Shown: positions 9,955 to 21,390, counted from the stretch's first letter. The stretch: 27,884 bases of DNA from an uncultured Pseudomonadota bacterium (GCA_964454175.1 CAYVSA010000025.1:1-27884); one strand, 5' to 3'. Made by a program: numbers and translations. Notes: a model not told the origin generated them from the letters alone.

Positions 9955-10922
9955 TCCACCGATTCGAGGTCGGGCTTTTGTCCCTCAGCGCCTTCCTTTT
10001 CGATCCTCCTGTTGACTTCAGCATCAAAGTTCTGGGCCGCGTTGTATCCCATCCTTTTGAGCAGATGGTTCCTGGCTGCGACCTCAACTATTAGTGTCAG
10101 ATCCCTGCCTGGTTGGACAGGGATCTTGATGAATGGTATCTCAACTCCCAGGATCGAGTAGGTATTTTCCTCCAGCCCCACCCTTTCCACATCAAGGCCT
10201 TCCTCCCACTCGATGAGTTCTACTACGTGTTCTACTTTTTTCCTGTGCCTGATAGAAGATACTCCGTACAGATCTTTAATGTTGATAATTCCAAGGCCGC
10301 GTATTTCCATATGGTATCTGATCAGCTCGGACCCAGTACCGAAAAGCACTCCCGGCACTATCCTTTTTAGCACAACCACATCATCCGCCACCAGTCTGTG
10401 TCCTCTTTCAACCAGCCCGAGGGCACACTCACTTTTGCCGATCCCGCTCTTTCCTGTGAGCAGCACACCTACACCATGAACATCCAGCATGCATCCGTGT
10501 ACAGAGGTCTCAGGGGCCAGAACCTCTTCGAGGTAGGTCGTCACAAGCCTGATCAGGGTAGATGATATCTCGGTTGATCTGAAAAGGGGAACGCTCCGAG
10601 TATCACAAATAGTTATCAGGTCATCGGGTACCTCAAGGCCCTTGGCAATGACGAGACACGAGACGCCAGCCTTACAGAGATCCTCCAGCCTTCTGCTGAC
10701 GACTTCACTGTCCAGGGTCGCCAGATAGGAGATCTCGGTTTCGCCGAAGATCTGAACACGTTCGGGGTGGAGCTGATCGAGGTACCCGGCCAGGGCCAGC
10801 CCGGGTTTTTGAATACGGGCGATCCTGATCTGCCTGGCCATGCCGTCCCTGCCGGCAAGGATCTCGAGATCGAGGTCTTCACGGTGGTGGTCAAAGAAAT
10901 GTCTTACAGTTATGCTGATCAT
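9951..10922 (-). CDS. hprK: HPr(Ser) kinase/phosphorylase
   Basis: QKPGLALAGY N-domain, VHG, GKSGIGKSE Walker A, HRLVADD, HMEIRGLGII, PVQPGRDL; full two-domain length. Confidence 0.96.
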   Translation of the reverse strand: MISITVRHFFDHHREDLDLEILAGRDGMARQIRIARIQKPGLALAGYLDQLHPERVQIFGETEISYLATLDSEVVSRRLEDLCKAGVSCLVIAKGLEVPDDLITICDTRSVPLFRSTEISSTLIRLVTTYLEEVLAPETSVHGCMLDVHGVGVLLTGKSGIGKSECALGLVERGHRLVADDVVVLKRIVPGVLFGTGSELIRYHMEIRGLGIINIKDLYGVSSIRHRKKVEHVVELIEWEEGLDVERVGLEENTYSILGVEIPFIKIPVQPGRDLTLIVEVAARNHLLKRMGYNAAQNFDAEVNRRIEKEGAEGQKPDLESVE

Positions 10923-10957
10923 TCAGCTCTGGTATGGGTGCCGCAGGGGCAGAGTCC

Positions 10958-11419
10958 TCACTGGCGCGAATCTTCCTCAGTGATCGTTTCGAAAAGCTTT
11001 TCACGTCCATTGGCGTTGCCCAGCTTATCGCGACAGTCCTGGCTTTTAACAACACGAGAGATCCTTGCCAGGGCTTTCAGATGGTCTCCAGCTGAGTCCT
11101 CGGGGGCAACCAGTAAGAAGAACAGGTGCACAGGATGACCGTCGTGTGCATCGAAATCGATCCCTTTCGTGGAGCGCCCGAACACCATAAGAATGTTCTC
11201 CAGGCCGGCCATCCTGCCATGGGGTATTGCCACTCCGTTGCCAATACCCGTGCTGCCGAGCTTTTCTCTTTCAATGAGTGTGTCTACAAGGATAGAGGGG
11301 TCTTTGAGTTTATTCACCTCCGCCAGGTGTTCGGATAGTTCTTCCAGGACTCCCCTGAGATCGTTGGCGGCAAGGTCGGGTAGAACATCCTGCATCGTGA
11401 GGTAGTCAGCGATCTTCAT
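10958..11419 (-). CDS. ptsN: PTS IIA-Ntr (nitrogen regulatory IIA)
   Basis: EREKLGSTGIGNGVAIPHGR, GIDFDAHDGHPV, HLKALARISR; position in the rpoN operon. Confidence 0.93.
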   Translation of the reverse strand: MKIADYLTMQDVLPDLAANDLRGVLEELSEHLAEVNKLKDPSILVDTLIEREKLGSTGIGNGVAIPHGRMAGLENILMVFGRSTKGIDFDAHDGHPVHLFFLLVAPEDSAGDHLKALARISRVVKSQDCRDKLGNANGREKLFETITEEDSRQ

Positions 11420-11431
11420 GTTAGGCTCCGT

Positions 11432-11977
11432 TTAATCGGCCAGGTGGGGTTCAATAAGCCCGTACCTTCCATCATCCCTGACATATATTACGTTGAGCTG
11501 ACTGGAATGTGAATTGTTAAAAAGGAGAAAATTCTTATTCATGAGCTCCATCTGCATCACAGCTTCATCCACGGACATGGGTTTTAAGGTAATGTCCTTG
11601 TGTTTTATCATATCATCAGGGGTCTCAGGTATTTCAGGCTCAGAAATGACCGAGTGGCTTGCCTTGAAGACCCGGATCTGATTGCGGTCGCCGTGCTTTA
11701 CTATCTTCTCACGGTATTTTTTAACCTGCCGGTCCAGTTTGTCCAGCACCAGATCGATTGAGGAGTACATGTCGTTCGTCTCCTCCTTCCCCTTGATTAT
11801 GATCCCGTTCGCTGTAACGGTGACCTTGGAAATGTGCCTGTATTTCTCAACCTGAAAGACAACCTGGGCTGAAACAGGTTCGATCAAAGGTTTTAAGACC
11901 TTGCTCAGTTTGTCCTCGACATAACTGCGCAGGGCATCGCTTTGCTCCATTTTTCTGAACGATACCTCAATCTGCAT
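11432..11977 (-). CDS. hpf: Ribosome hibernation promoting factor, long form
   Basis: SDALRSYVEDKL, DMYSSIDLVLDKLDRQVKKYREK, plus C-terminal KPMSVDEAVMQMEL...NVIYVRDDGRYGLIEP domain. GGAGG RBS. Confidence 0.95.
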   Translation of the reverse strand: MQIEVSFRKMEQSDALRSYVEDKLSKVLKPLIEPVSAQVVFQVEKYRHISKVTVTANGIIIKGKEETNDMYSSIDLVLDKLDRQVKKYREKIVKHGDRNQIRVFKASHSVISEPEIPETPDDMIKHKDITLKPMSVDEAVMQMELMNKNFLLFNNSHSSQLNVIYVRDDGRYGLIEPHLAD

Positions 11978-12099
11978 CTGGAAACCTCCTGTCGGGCCTC
12001 GATTGAAAAAACGTAGACGTAAACACAGTTAACCCTCAAAGTCAACCCTGGCCTGGCGTGGACTGAAAGACTGCTGCCAACGGCCAGTGCAGTGTCAGT

Positions 12100-13554
12100 T
12101 CAGGCTGTACTCTTCCTCCTGGAGGAGGGCATGAGCCCCATGGATTCACGGTATTTGGCCACCGTCCTCCTGGCAATATCAATACCCTCCAGTCTAAGCA
12201 TATCCGATATCGCCTGGTCACTCAACGGCCGAGCCCTGTCCTCAGCTTTTATGACATCTTTTATCTTGGCCCTTACGCTCTCCGAAGCGATCATTTCGCC
12301 GGTCAAAGTCTGGATACCGGGATTAAAGAAATATTTCAACTCGTAGAGTCCCTGGGGGCACTGGAGATATTTATGGGTAGTAACGCGGCTGACTGTGGAT
12401 TCGTGAACCTCTATATCTTCGGCCACATCCCTTAGAACCATTGGCTTCAAATACCGCACACCCTGCTCGAAAAAAGACCTTTGCTTTTCCAGGATGCTCT
12501 GCGTAACTTTGTATATCGTGCGCTGTCTCTGATCTATGCTCTTTATCAGCCACGAGGCGGACCTTACCTTCTCCAGCAGAAACTCCCTGTCTCTGGGCAG
12601 CATGGAGGCGCCTTTTTTTAGCAACTCCCGGTAGTAACTGTTAATCCTCAGCTTTGGCATTCCATCATCGTTGAGTGTTATTACCCACTCGTCCTCCATT
12701 TTAAAGACAAACACATCTGGAGTTATATAAATCGAATCAGAACTGCCGAAGGGTCTTCCCGGTTTGGGCTCGAACTGCCTGATGGCCTCAAACGCGGAGA
12801 TCACATCTTCACGCTGGACCTGGAGGGATCTGGCAACAGCATCGAAATCGCTTTTGGAAAGAGCTTCCAGATGATTGCGCACCAGTTCCTCAACGAGCGG
12901 ATCATCTGTCCCCAGCTGGTTGAACTGGATCATCAGGCACTCCTGCAGGTCTCTCGCAGCAACACCTGGTGGGTCGAATTCCTGGAGTATCCCCAGTATC
13001 TCCTGGCCCATCCCTGCTGCCTTTTCCCCAAGGGGCAGGAGAATATCTTCGAGTGAATCCACCAGGTATCCGTTTTCATTAAGATTGCCGATAATAGCTC
13101 TGCCAACTGCGATCTGGTCCTCAGAGAGCCTGCGCATCCTCAACTGCCAATGGAGATGGTCGGCAAGGGTCTCAGGCCTTGTTATCATGGCCTCAAAGGA
13201 GGGGCGTTCCTGCTCCTCTCTGACGAAATATGGCAGGTTCTGGTTGGATTCAAGGTACTGTTCCCAATCGCTGACATTTTCCGGAATGGGAACAATATGG
13301 ACCTCTTCTTCCCTGTCAGGTGATTTTTTGTCTGTTTCCTCGGGAGCGATATCCGGTCGGTCTATCGAGAATGATCCCGGCGCCTCAGGTGCCTCCGTCT
13401 CATCAAGAACAGGGTTCTCAAGCAGTTCAGAACTAACCATTTCGAGGAGTTCTATCCTCGACAGCTGGAGCAGTTTGATGGCCTGCTGAAGCTGCGGTGT
13501 CATCACGAGCTGCTGGGTCTGTTTGAGTTGCAGCTGCAGTTTCAGGTTAGACAT
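12100..13554 (-). CDS. rpoN: RNA polymerase sigma-54 factor
   Basis: Gln/Leu-rich region I (LVMTPQLQQAIKLLQL), HESTVSR helix-turn-helix, RpoN box ARRTVAKYRE. Confidence 0.98.
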   Translation of the reverse strand: MSNLKLQLQLKQTQQLVMTPQLQQAIKLLQLSRIELLEMVSSELLENPVLDETEAPEAPGSFSIDRPDIAPEETDKKSPDREEEVHIVPIPENVSDWEQYLESNQNLPYFVREEQERPSFEAMITRPETLADHLHWQLRMRRLSEDQIAVGRAIIGNLNENGYLVDSLEDILLPLGEKAAGMGQEILGILQEFDPPGVAARDLQECLMIQFNQLGTDDPLVEELVRNHLEALSKSDFDAVARSLQVQREDVISAFEAIRQFEPKPGRPFGSSDSIYITPDVFVFKMEDEWVITLNDDGMPKLRINSYYRELLKKGASMLPRDREFLLEKVRSASWLIKSIDQRQRTIYKVTQSILEKQRSFFEQGVRYLKPMVLRDVAEDIEVHESTVSRVTTHKYLQCPQGLYELKYFFNPGIQTLTGEMIASESVRAKIKDVIKAEDRARPLSDQAISDMLRLEGIDIARRTVAKYRESMGLMPSSRRKSTA

Positions 13555-13583
13555 GAGCTGTCCCCGTAAAACAGACAGTGAAC

Positions 13584-13600
13584 TGCAAATTTAAGTGCCC
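13584..13600 (-). promoter_or_regulatory. sigma54-like site upstream of rpoN with non-canonical spacing
   Basis: Minus strand GGGCACTTAAATTTGCA: GGCAC and TTGCA are present but the spacing is GG-N11-GC. Confidence 0.35.
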
Positions 13601-13647
13601 GGGTCCCGTGCGTCCATTCCACGGTACGGATCTGACCGGCCGGCTTT

Positions 13648-14370
13648 TCACAGCGTGAACTCCTCTCCCAGATATACTTTTTTTGCCCTTTCGCTCCCTG
13701 CAATGGCATCAGGGCTGCCTTCCTCGAGTATTCGCCCGTCAGCCAGGATATAGGCCCTGTCTGTAATGCCCAGAGTTTCCCGGACATTGTGGTCGGTTAT
13801 AAGTATTCCGTATCCACGGCCCTTAAGGTCCATGATAAGACCCTGCAGTTCATTTACAGTTATAGGGTCGATGCCTGCAAAAGGCTCATCCAGCAGGAGA
13901 TAGGATGGTTTCGGGACCAGAGCCCTGGCGATCTCCACTCGACGGCGCTCGCCGCCCGACAGTGTTGAACCCAGGCTGTTCTGGATTCCTGTCACACCGA
14001 CTACTCCCATCAGTTCCTCCGAAAATGCCTCACGATCTCTTCGCTCAACTCCCACGGCCTCCATCACGGCCAGAAGGTTGTCCATGACCGACATGCCCCT
14101 GAATATGGAAGCCTCCTGGGGAAGATAGCCCAGCCCGGATCGGGCTCTGCGGTGGATCGGCCACGAAGTTATGTCTGCTCCGTTGAGAAATACGCTGCCT
14201 CCATGGGGCCGGATGAGACCGGCTATCATATAGAACGTTGTGGTTTTCCCTGCACCGTTGGGGCCCAGAAGACCTACTACCTCTCCCGGATTGAGCTGCA
14301 GCGACACTCCGTCCACAACTGTTCGGTCTTTGTATCTCCTTACGAGGGCGTCAGCCTTAAGTTCCTTCAT
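13648..14370 (-). CDS. lptB: LPS export ABC transporter ATP-binding protein LptB
   Basis: GLLGPNGAGKTT, GYLPQEASIFR, LSGGERRRVEIARAL, LLLDEPFAGIDP, ITDHNVRETL, VYLGEEF. Confidence 0.97.
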   Translation of the reverse strand: MKELKADALVRRYKDRTVVDGVSLQLNPGEVVGLLGPNGAGKTTTFYMIAGLIRPHGGSVFLNGADITSWPIHRRARSGLGYLPQEASIFRGMSVMDNLLAVMEAVGVERRDREAFSEELMGVVGVTGIQNSLGSTLSGGERRRVEIARALVPKPSYLLLDEPFAGIDPITVNELQGLIMDLKGRGYGILITDHNVRETLGITDRAYILADGRILEEGSPDAIAGSERAKKVYLGEEFTL

Positions 14371-14831
14371 TTCACCGTTGGCGATATCGTTGCATCGACA
14401 GCGCCGGAAAAATTAGCGGTACCTTTTTCCAGGTCGTAGATGATCCTGGCCGCTCTGATGTTATTGGAATCCCGATTAAAAAAAGCCGAACCCTCCAGCA
14501 CTACCCTGGAATTGGCAATGTCGAATTCAGCTCGCTGGGCCATTATCCTGTCAGCACCTCTCGTGAAGGAGACGTTGCCTGTTGCGACAACCATCCTCAC
14601 AGGGTCAGGCTCAGAGCTCCTGCTGAAAACCGTCAAGGAATCACATTTAATTGTCACATCTTCCCTCACAAGGATAACGTTCCCTGTGAACTTAACATTT
14701 CCGGATTCTCCTTCGATGACCATGGAATCGGCGTTGATATTGAGGCCGTCAGCGGCTTCACTGATGGCCGGCAACATCAAAAAAACGGCAGCAGCAAGTA
14801 TCGTCGCCAGCATTCTGGAGGCCCGTGTCAC
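14367..14831 (-). CDS. lptA: LPS transport periplasmic protein LptA
   Basis: Signal peptide ending SEA-A, INADSM, FTGNVIL, VATGNV, IIYDL (OstA-like beta-jellyroll), between lptC and lptB. Start moved to GTG 14831 (GTGA overlap, GGAGG RBS); start uncertain. Confidence 0.85.
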   Translation of the reverse strand: MTRASRMLATILAAAVFLMLPAISEAADGLNINADSMVIEGESGNVKFTGNVILVREDVTIKCDSLTVFSRSSEPDPVRMVVATGNVSFTRGADRIMAQRAEFDIANSRVVLEGSAFFNRDSNNIRAARIIYDLEKGTANFSGAVDATISPTVK

Positions 14832-15373
14832 TTGCCGCCCTCCCCTGGCTTCCACCGGGCTCTCACGCCGCCATCCATTTCGAGCATCTCCGAGTCGATC
14901 CTGTGGACCAGGCTGTTGCTCCTCACCGTCATGGAATAGTTCCTGAATGTGACATTACCGCTGGCTTTAATGAAGGACCCCTCGCTATCCCAGATCAGCC
15001 TGGAGGCCGAGAAGCTGTATCCTGAAGAGGTATTTATCTGCACACCATCTTCCATTGTAAGGAGTTTCCTGCCGGGGTCGAACCTGCCCACCGGCCCTTC
15101 AACCGTGATCATGAGATTTTCTCCCTGCGAAAGTCTTGCACCGACCTTTCTCATCTCGATCAGAGCATCCCTTGCGTACGTAGCCTCACTGGCTGAGATC
15201 TCCCACCTGCCAGCCTCTCCCTCGTGGACCAGGGTAAACCCGCTGATCTGAACTTCCTGGCTTGCTGCGAAGGCAGTGAAGCTCGATGATATCGCTATAA
15301 GTCCAGCCAGCACAAAAACAGGCACCATCCGGGCTAACCGCCCTCCAGCCGAACCTTCCCAGCTCCTGAACAT
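14828..15373 (-). CDS. lptC: LPS export protein LptC
   Basis: N-terminal hydrophobic segment, G..RWEISASEA, G.FDP, LIWDS, V; beta-rich; lies between kdsC and lptA. Confidence 0.75.
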   Translation of the reverse strand: MFRSWEGSAGGRLARMVPVFVLAGLIAISSSFTAFAASQEVQISGFTLVHEGEAGRWEISASEATYARDALIEMRKVGARLSQGENLMITVEGPVGRFDPGRKLLTMEDGVQINTSSGYSFSASRLIWDSEGSFIKASGNVTFRNYSMTVRSNSLVHRIDSEMLEMDGGVRARWKPGEGGK

Positions 15374-15383
15374 GCTTCAGCCT

Positions 15384-15400
15384 AGCACAGAAAATGTGCA
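15384..15400. promoter_or_regulatory. NtrC-like dyad (GCACA-N5-TGTGC)
   Basis: AGCACAGAAAATGTGCA matches TGCAC-N7-GTGCA at 9 of 10 positions. Confidence 0.3.
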
Positions 15401-15412
15401 AATGAAAGAAAA

Positions 15413-15428
15413 TGGCGCAGATGTTGCA
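15413..15428 (+). promoter_or_regulatory. Putative sigma54 (-24/-12) promoter oriented antisense to the operon
   Basis: TGGCGCAGATGTTGCA = TGGC-GC-N5-TTGCA with exact GG-N10-GC spacing, in non-coding DNA. Confidence 0.5.
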
Positions 15429-15475
15429 TGGGGTCTAATTCTGGTATTGTATTGGTCTATAATATGACCGAGTTC

Positions 15476-15623
15476 ATAGTTTCAGGTTTCTGGTTTCTAG
15501 TGATAAGAATTACCTGATACCTGGGTCTTGGGTCTTGGGCCTTGGGTCTTGGGCCTTGGGCCTTGGGCCTTGGGTCTTGGGACATGGGACCCAGCCGAAG
15601 GCTGACCAGAAACCAGAAACTAT
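15476..15623. repeat. Inverted-repeat-bounded element containing a tandem 7-bp repeat array
   Basis: Arms 15476-15494 (ATAGTTTCAGGTTTCTGGT) and 15605-15623 (ACCAGAAACCAGAAACTAT) are reverse complements at 18 of 19 positions. Ten units of consensus CTTGGGY lie at 15520-15589. Confidence 0.9.
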
Positions 15624-16162
15624 CACTCCAGGTATTTCGAAACAGCACTATCCCAGAGCCCCTGTGCTTTCAGGATGAATTCGATCAGTTCCCTGGCTGC
15701 GCCTTCGCCGCCGCGGGCTATGGTTGTGAAGTGAGACCTCTCCCTGAGTTCTGCCACACCGTCGGCGACCGAACATCCCAGCCCCACCCTCTGGACCACC
15801 GGAAGGTCGATGAGGTCGTCACCCAGAAAGGCAACCTCGGAGGAGTCGATCCCGCTGTCAGCAAGTATGGATTCAAGGGCCTTGATCTTTTCCAGGGAGC
15901 CCTGAAAGAGGAAATCCACGCCAAGCTCATCCGATCGGCGCTTCACAACGGCGCTCGTCCGGCCCGTAATGAACGCCACTTTCATTCCCGCCCTCATGGC
16001 CAGTTTGATCCCGTGACCGTCCCGAATGTTAAATGATTTTTCCTCGTCACCTGATGTGCTGTACGTGACCTTCCCGTCCGTTAGGACACCGTCCACATCG
16101 AAGGCGATCAGCCTGATCCTGTTCGCCCTCTTTTCCGGGCTGATAATCTTTTCGGTCTGCAT
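15623..16162 (-). CDS. kdsC: KDO 8-phosphate phosphatase (HAD family)
   Basis: FDVDGVLTDG, FNIRDGHGI, ITGR, GDDLID, GGEGAARE. Confidence 0.96.
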   Translation of the reverse strand: MQTEKIISPEKRANRIRLIAFDVDGVLTDGKVTYSTSGDEEKSFNIRDGHGIKLAMRAGMKVAFITGRTSAVVKRRSDELGVDFLFQGSLEKIKALESILADSGIDSSEVAFLGDDLIDLPVVQRVGLGCSVADGVAELRERSHFTTIARGGEGAARELIEFILKAQGLWDSAVSKYLE

Positions 16163-16191
16163 AATAACGCGCTCTGCCCCCCTGGTCTTTA

Positions 16192-17169
16192 TCAGGCCAC
16201 TCCTGCCTTTAGAATGTCGTGGAGGTGCACAACCCCGGCGAGTTTACCCTTTTCATCCATAACCACCAGGCTGGTGATCTCGAAATCTTCCATCATTTTC
16301 AGGGCCCGGGCTGCAAGTGCCTCCTGCTCGATATTCTTTGGATTCAGGGTCATCACCTGCCCGGCAGCCATGGAAAAGACATCCACTTCCTTTTCCATCA
16401 GCCGTCTGAGATCCCCGTCGGTAATAACGCCAGTGAGGTTCCCGTCCCTGTCGACCACCGTTGTAAAACCGAGCTTCTTGGAGGTTATCTCGAATATGGC
16501 CTCCTTCATTGATGTTTCTTCGCTCACTTTTGGCACATCATCGCCTGTCTGCATTATATCCCTGATCGTTATGAACTTTCGTCCCAGGGATCCGCCGGGG
16601 TGGACAAGGGCGAAATCCTCCCTGGTGAACCCCTTGAGCTCGAGCAATGCTATTGCCAGAGCATCCCCAAGGGACATGGTAACCGTTGTACTGGCAGTAG
16701 GCGCAAGTCCTAAAGGACAGGCCTCCTCGACAACCGAGATATCAAGAACAACGTCCGACCTCTTCGCAATTCGGGAGTCTAGAACACCTGTCATGCAGAT
16801 GATCGGGATTCCAAGCCTCTTCACCGCAGGAAACAGCCGCACCATTTCCTCAGTTTCGCCGCTGTAAGTAACAGCTATGAGGACATCTCCACGCACCAGC
16901 ATGCCCAGGTCCCCGTGGCTGCCCTCCGCGGGGTGCATGAAAAGCGCCGGAGTCCCGGTACTGGCAAAGGTAGACGCAACCTTGCGGCAAACCAGCCCGG
17001 ATTTGCCCATTCCGGCAAAGACCACCCTCCCTTTGCAGGAAGCCAGTATCTCGATGGCCCCGACAAAACTTTCTCCCAGCCTTTCTCGCAGCACTGACAG
17101 AGACCGCTCTTCTATGGTCAGGACCTTCCTGGCGCTTTTAATAATTGAATCCCCTGTTGATCTGTTCAA
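16192..17169 (-). CDS. kdsD: Arabinose-5-phosphate isomerase (SIS domain + two CBS domains)
   Basis: GMGKSG, STGTPA.F.HPAEGSHGDLG, EACPLGLAPTAST, HPGGSLG, ITDGDLRR. TTG start. Confidence 0.95.
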   Translation of the reverse strand: MNRSTGDSIIKSARKVLTIEERSLSVLRERLGESFVGAIEILASCKGRVVFAGMGKSGLVCRKVASTFASTGTPALFMHPAEGSHGDLGMLVRGDVLIAVTYSGETEEMVRLFPAVKRLGIPIICMTGVLDSRIAKRSDVVLDISVVEEACPLGLAPTASTTVTMSLGDALAIALLELKGFTREDFALVHPGGSLGRKFITIRDIMQTGDDVPKVSEETSMKEAIFEITSKKLGFTTVVDRDGNLTGVITDGDLRRLMEKEVDVFSMAAGQVMTLNPKNIEQEALAARALKMMEDFEITSLVVMDEKGKLAGVVHLHDILKAGVA

Positions 17170-17173
17170 ATCT

Positions 17174-20387
<3,214 letters not shown>

Positions 20388-20388
20388 G

Positions 20389-21390
20389 TTACCTGCCCGA
20401 GGCAGCAAGTTCCCCGAACCTGGCGGTCATCTGCTCCCTGGAAATAGTGACAGTACCCACCTCTCCAACAACGACCCCAGCGGCGACGTTAGAAAGCCAC
20501 GCGCTTTCGTACATGGATATATCCGCCGCAAGGGCAAGAGCCAGTGTCGCTACAACTGTATCTCCCGCACCCGTCACATCGTAAACTTCTCTGCTGACAG
20601 CCGGGATGTGGAGCGCCTTCTGCCCCCGAGTAAACAGGGTCATTCCCTGATCACCCCGGGTTATTAAAAGATACGGACAGCCGAGCTTTTCAACTATCCT
20701 GTTTCCGGCTTCCTCCAGGTCCGCTATGCTCCCAATGACCATGCCCGCGCCCGCAGCAGCCTCAAAAAGATTGGGTGTCAGGACTGTAACTCCCCGGTAC
20801 ATGGCAAAATGGCTGCTCTTGGGATCTACCGCTACCGGCATGTCTGCACCTGCAGCGATATCTGTAACTCTCTTCAGAAGTGTCGGAGATATGACTCCTT
20901 TAGCGTAATCGGAGATAATTATCGCACCACTCTCCGGGAGGAGAGAGGTTATCATTCCCAGGATGGATTCTTCTGTCTCCCTGGCCAGCGGAGCAGCTAC
21001 TTCCCTGTCGAAGCGAACCACCTGCTGATTGTGGGCAATAACCCGGGTCTTCAGGGTCGTGGGACGATTGTCGTCGAGAATTATCCCCCTCACACCCATC
21101 ATCTGCTTTTCCAGGTCCCGTATCAGCCAACGGCCCATCTGATCATCGCCGGCCAAACCGCAGATCTCTACAGCCCCCCCCAGTGCCTTCACATTGTTGG
21201 CGACGTTTGCCGCCCCTCCGAGGCGAAGGGTCTCCCGGCTGACTCCTACAATGGGTACTGGCGCTTCCGGCGATACCCGCGCTACGTCACCCCATATGTA
21301 CTGGTCGATCATGAGGTCTCCAACAACGATGACCTTCCTGCCCTGCATCCTCGATAACAGCTCACCGCTCTTATTAATAATTCTGTCCAT
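20389..21390 (-). CDS. rfaE1: D-glycero-beta-D-manno-heptose-7-phosphate kinase (stand-alone RfaE/HldE domain I)
   Basis: GDLMIDQY, RVSPEAPVP, GGAANVA, SDYAKG, VDPK, TPN, DVTGAGDT (PfkB family); no adenylyltransferase domain. Start moved to ATG 21390 (GGAG RBS). Confidence 0.93.
   Translation of the reverse strand: MDRIINKSGELLSRMQGRKVIVVGDLMIDQYIWGDVARVSPEAPVPIVGVSRETLRLGGAANVANNVKALGGAVEICGLAGDDQMGRWLIRDLEKQMMGVRGIILDDNRPTTLKTRVIAHNQQVVRFDREVAAPLARETEESILGMITSLLPESGAIIISDYAKGVISPTLLKRVTDIAAGADMPVAVDPKSSHFAMYRGVTVLTPNLFEAAAGAGMVIGSIADLEEAGNRIVEKLGCPYLLITRGDQGMTLFTRGQKALHIPAVSREVYDVTGAGDTVVATLALALAADISMYESAWLSNVAAGVVVGEVGTVTISREQMTARFGELAASGR

Noticed and set aside
12065..12080. sigma54 promoter for hpf (minus strand TGGCAGCAGTCTTTCA)
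   Set aside because: The -12 position reads TC instead of GC, and the sequence is explained by the hairpin after rpoN.
15520..15589. Possible CRISPR array
   Set aside because: The units are 7 bp and contiguous, with no spacers and no cas genes.
15457..15648. 63-aa ORF with PRPKAQ-like repeats (and the plus-strand ORF 15542-16036)
   Set aside because: The periodic peptide is just the translation of the 7-bp array. The ORFs overlap kdsC and have no convincing RBS.
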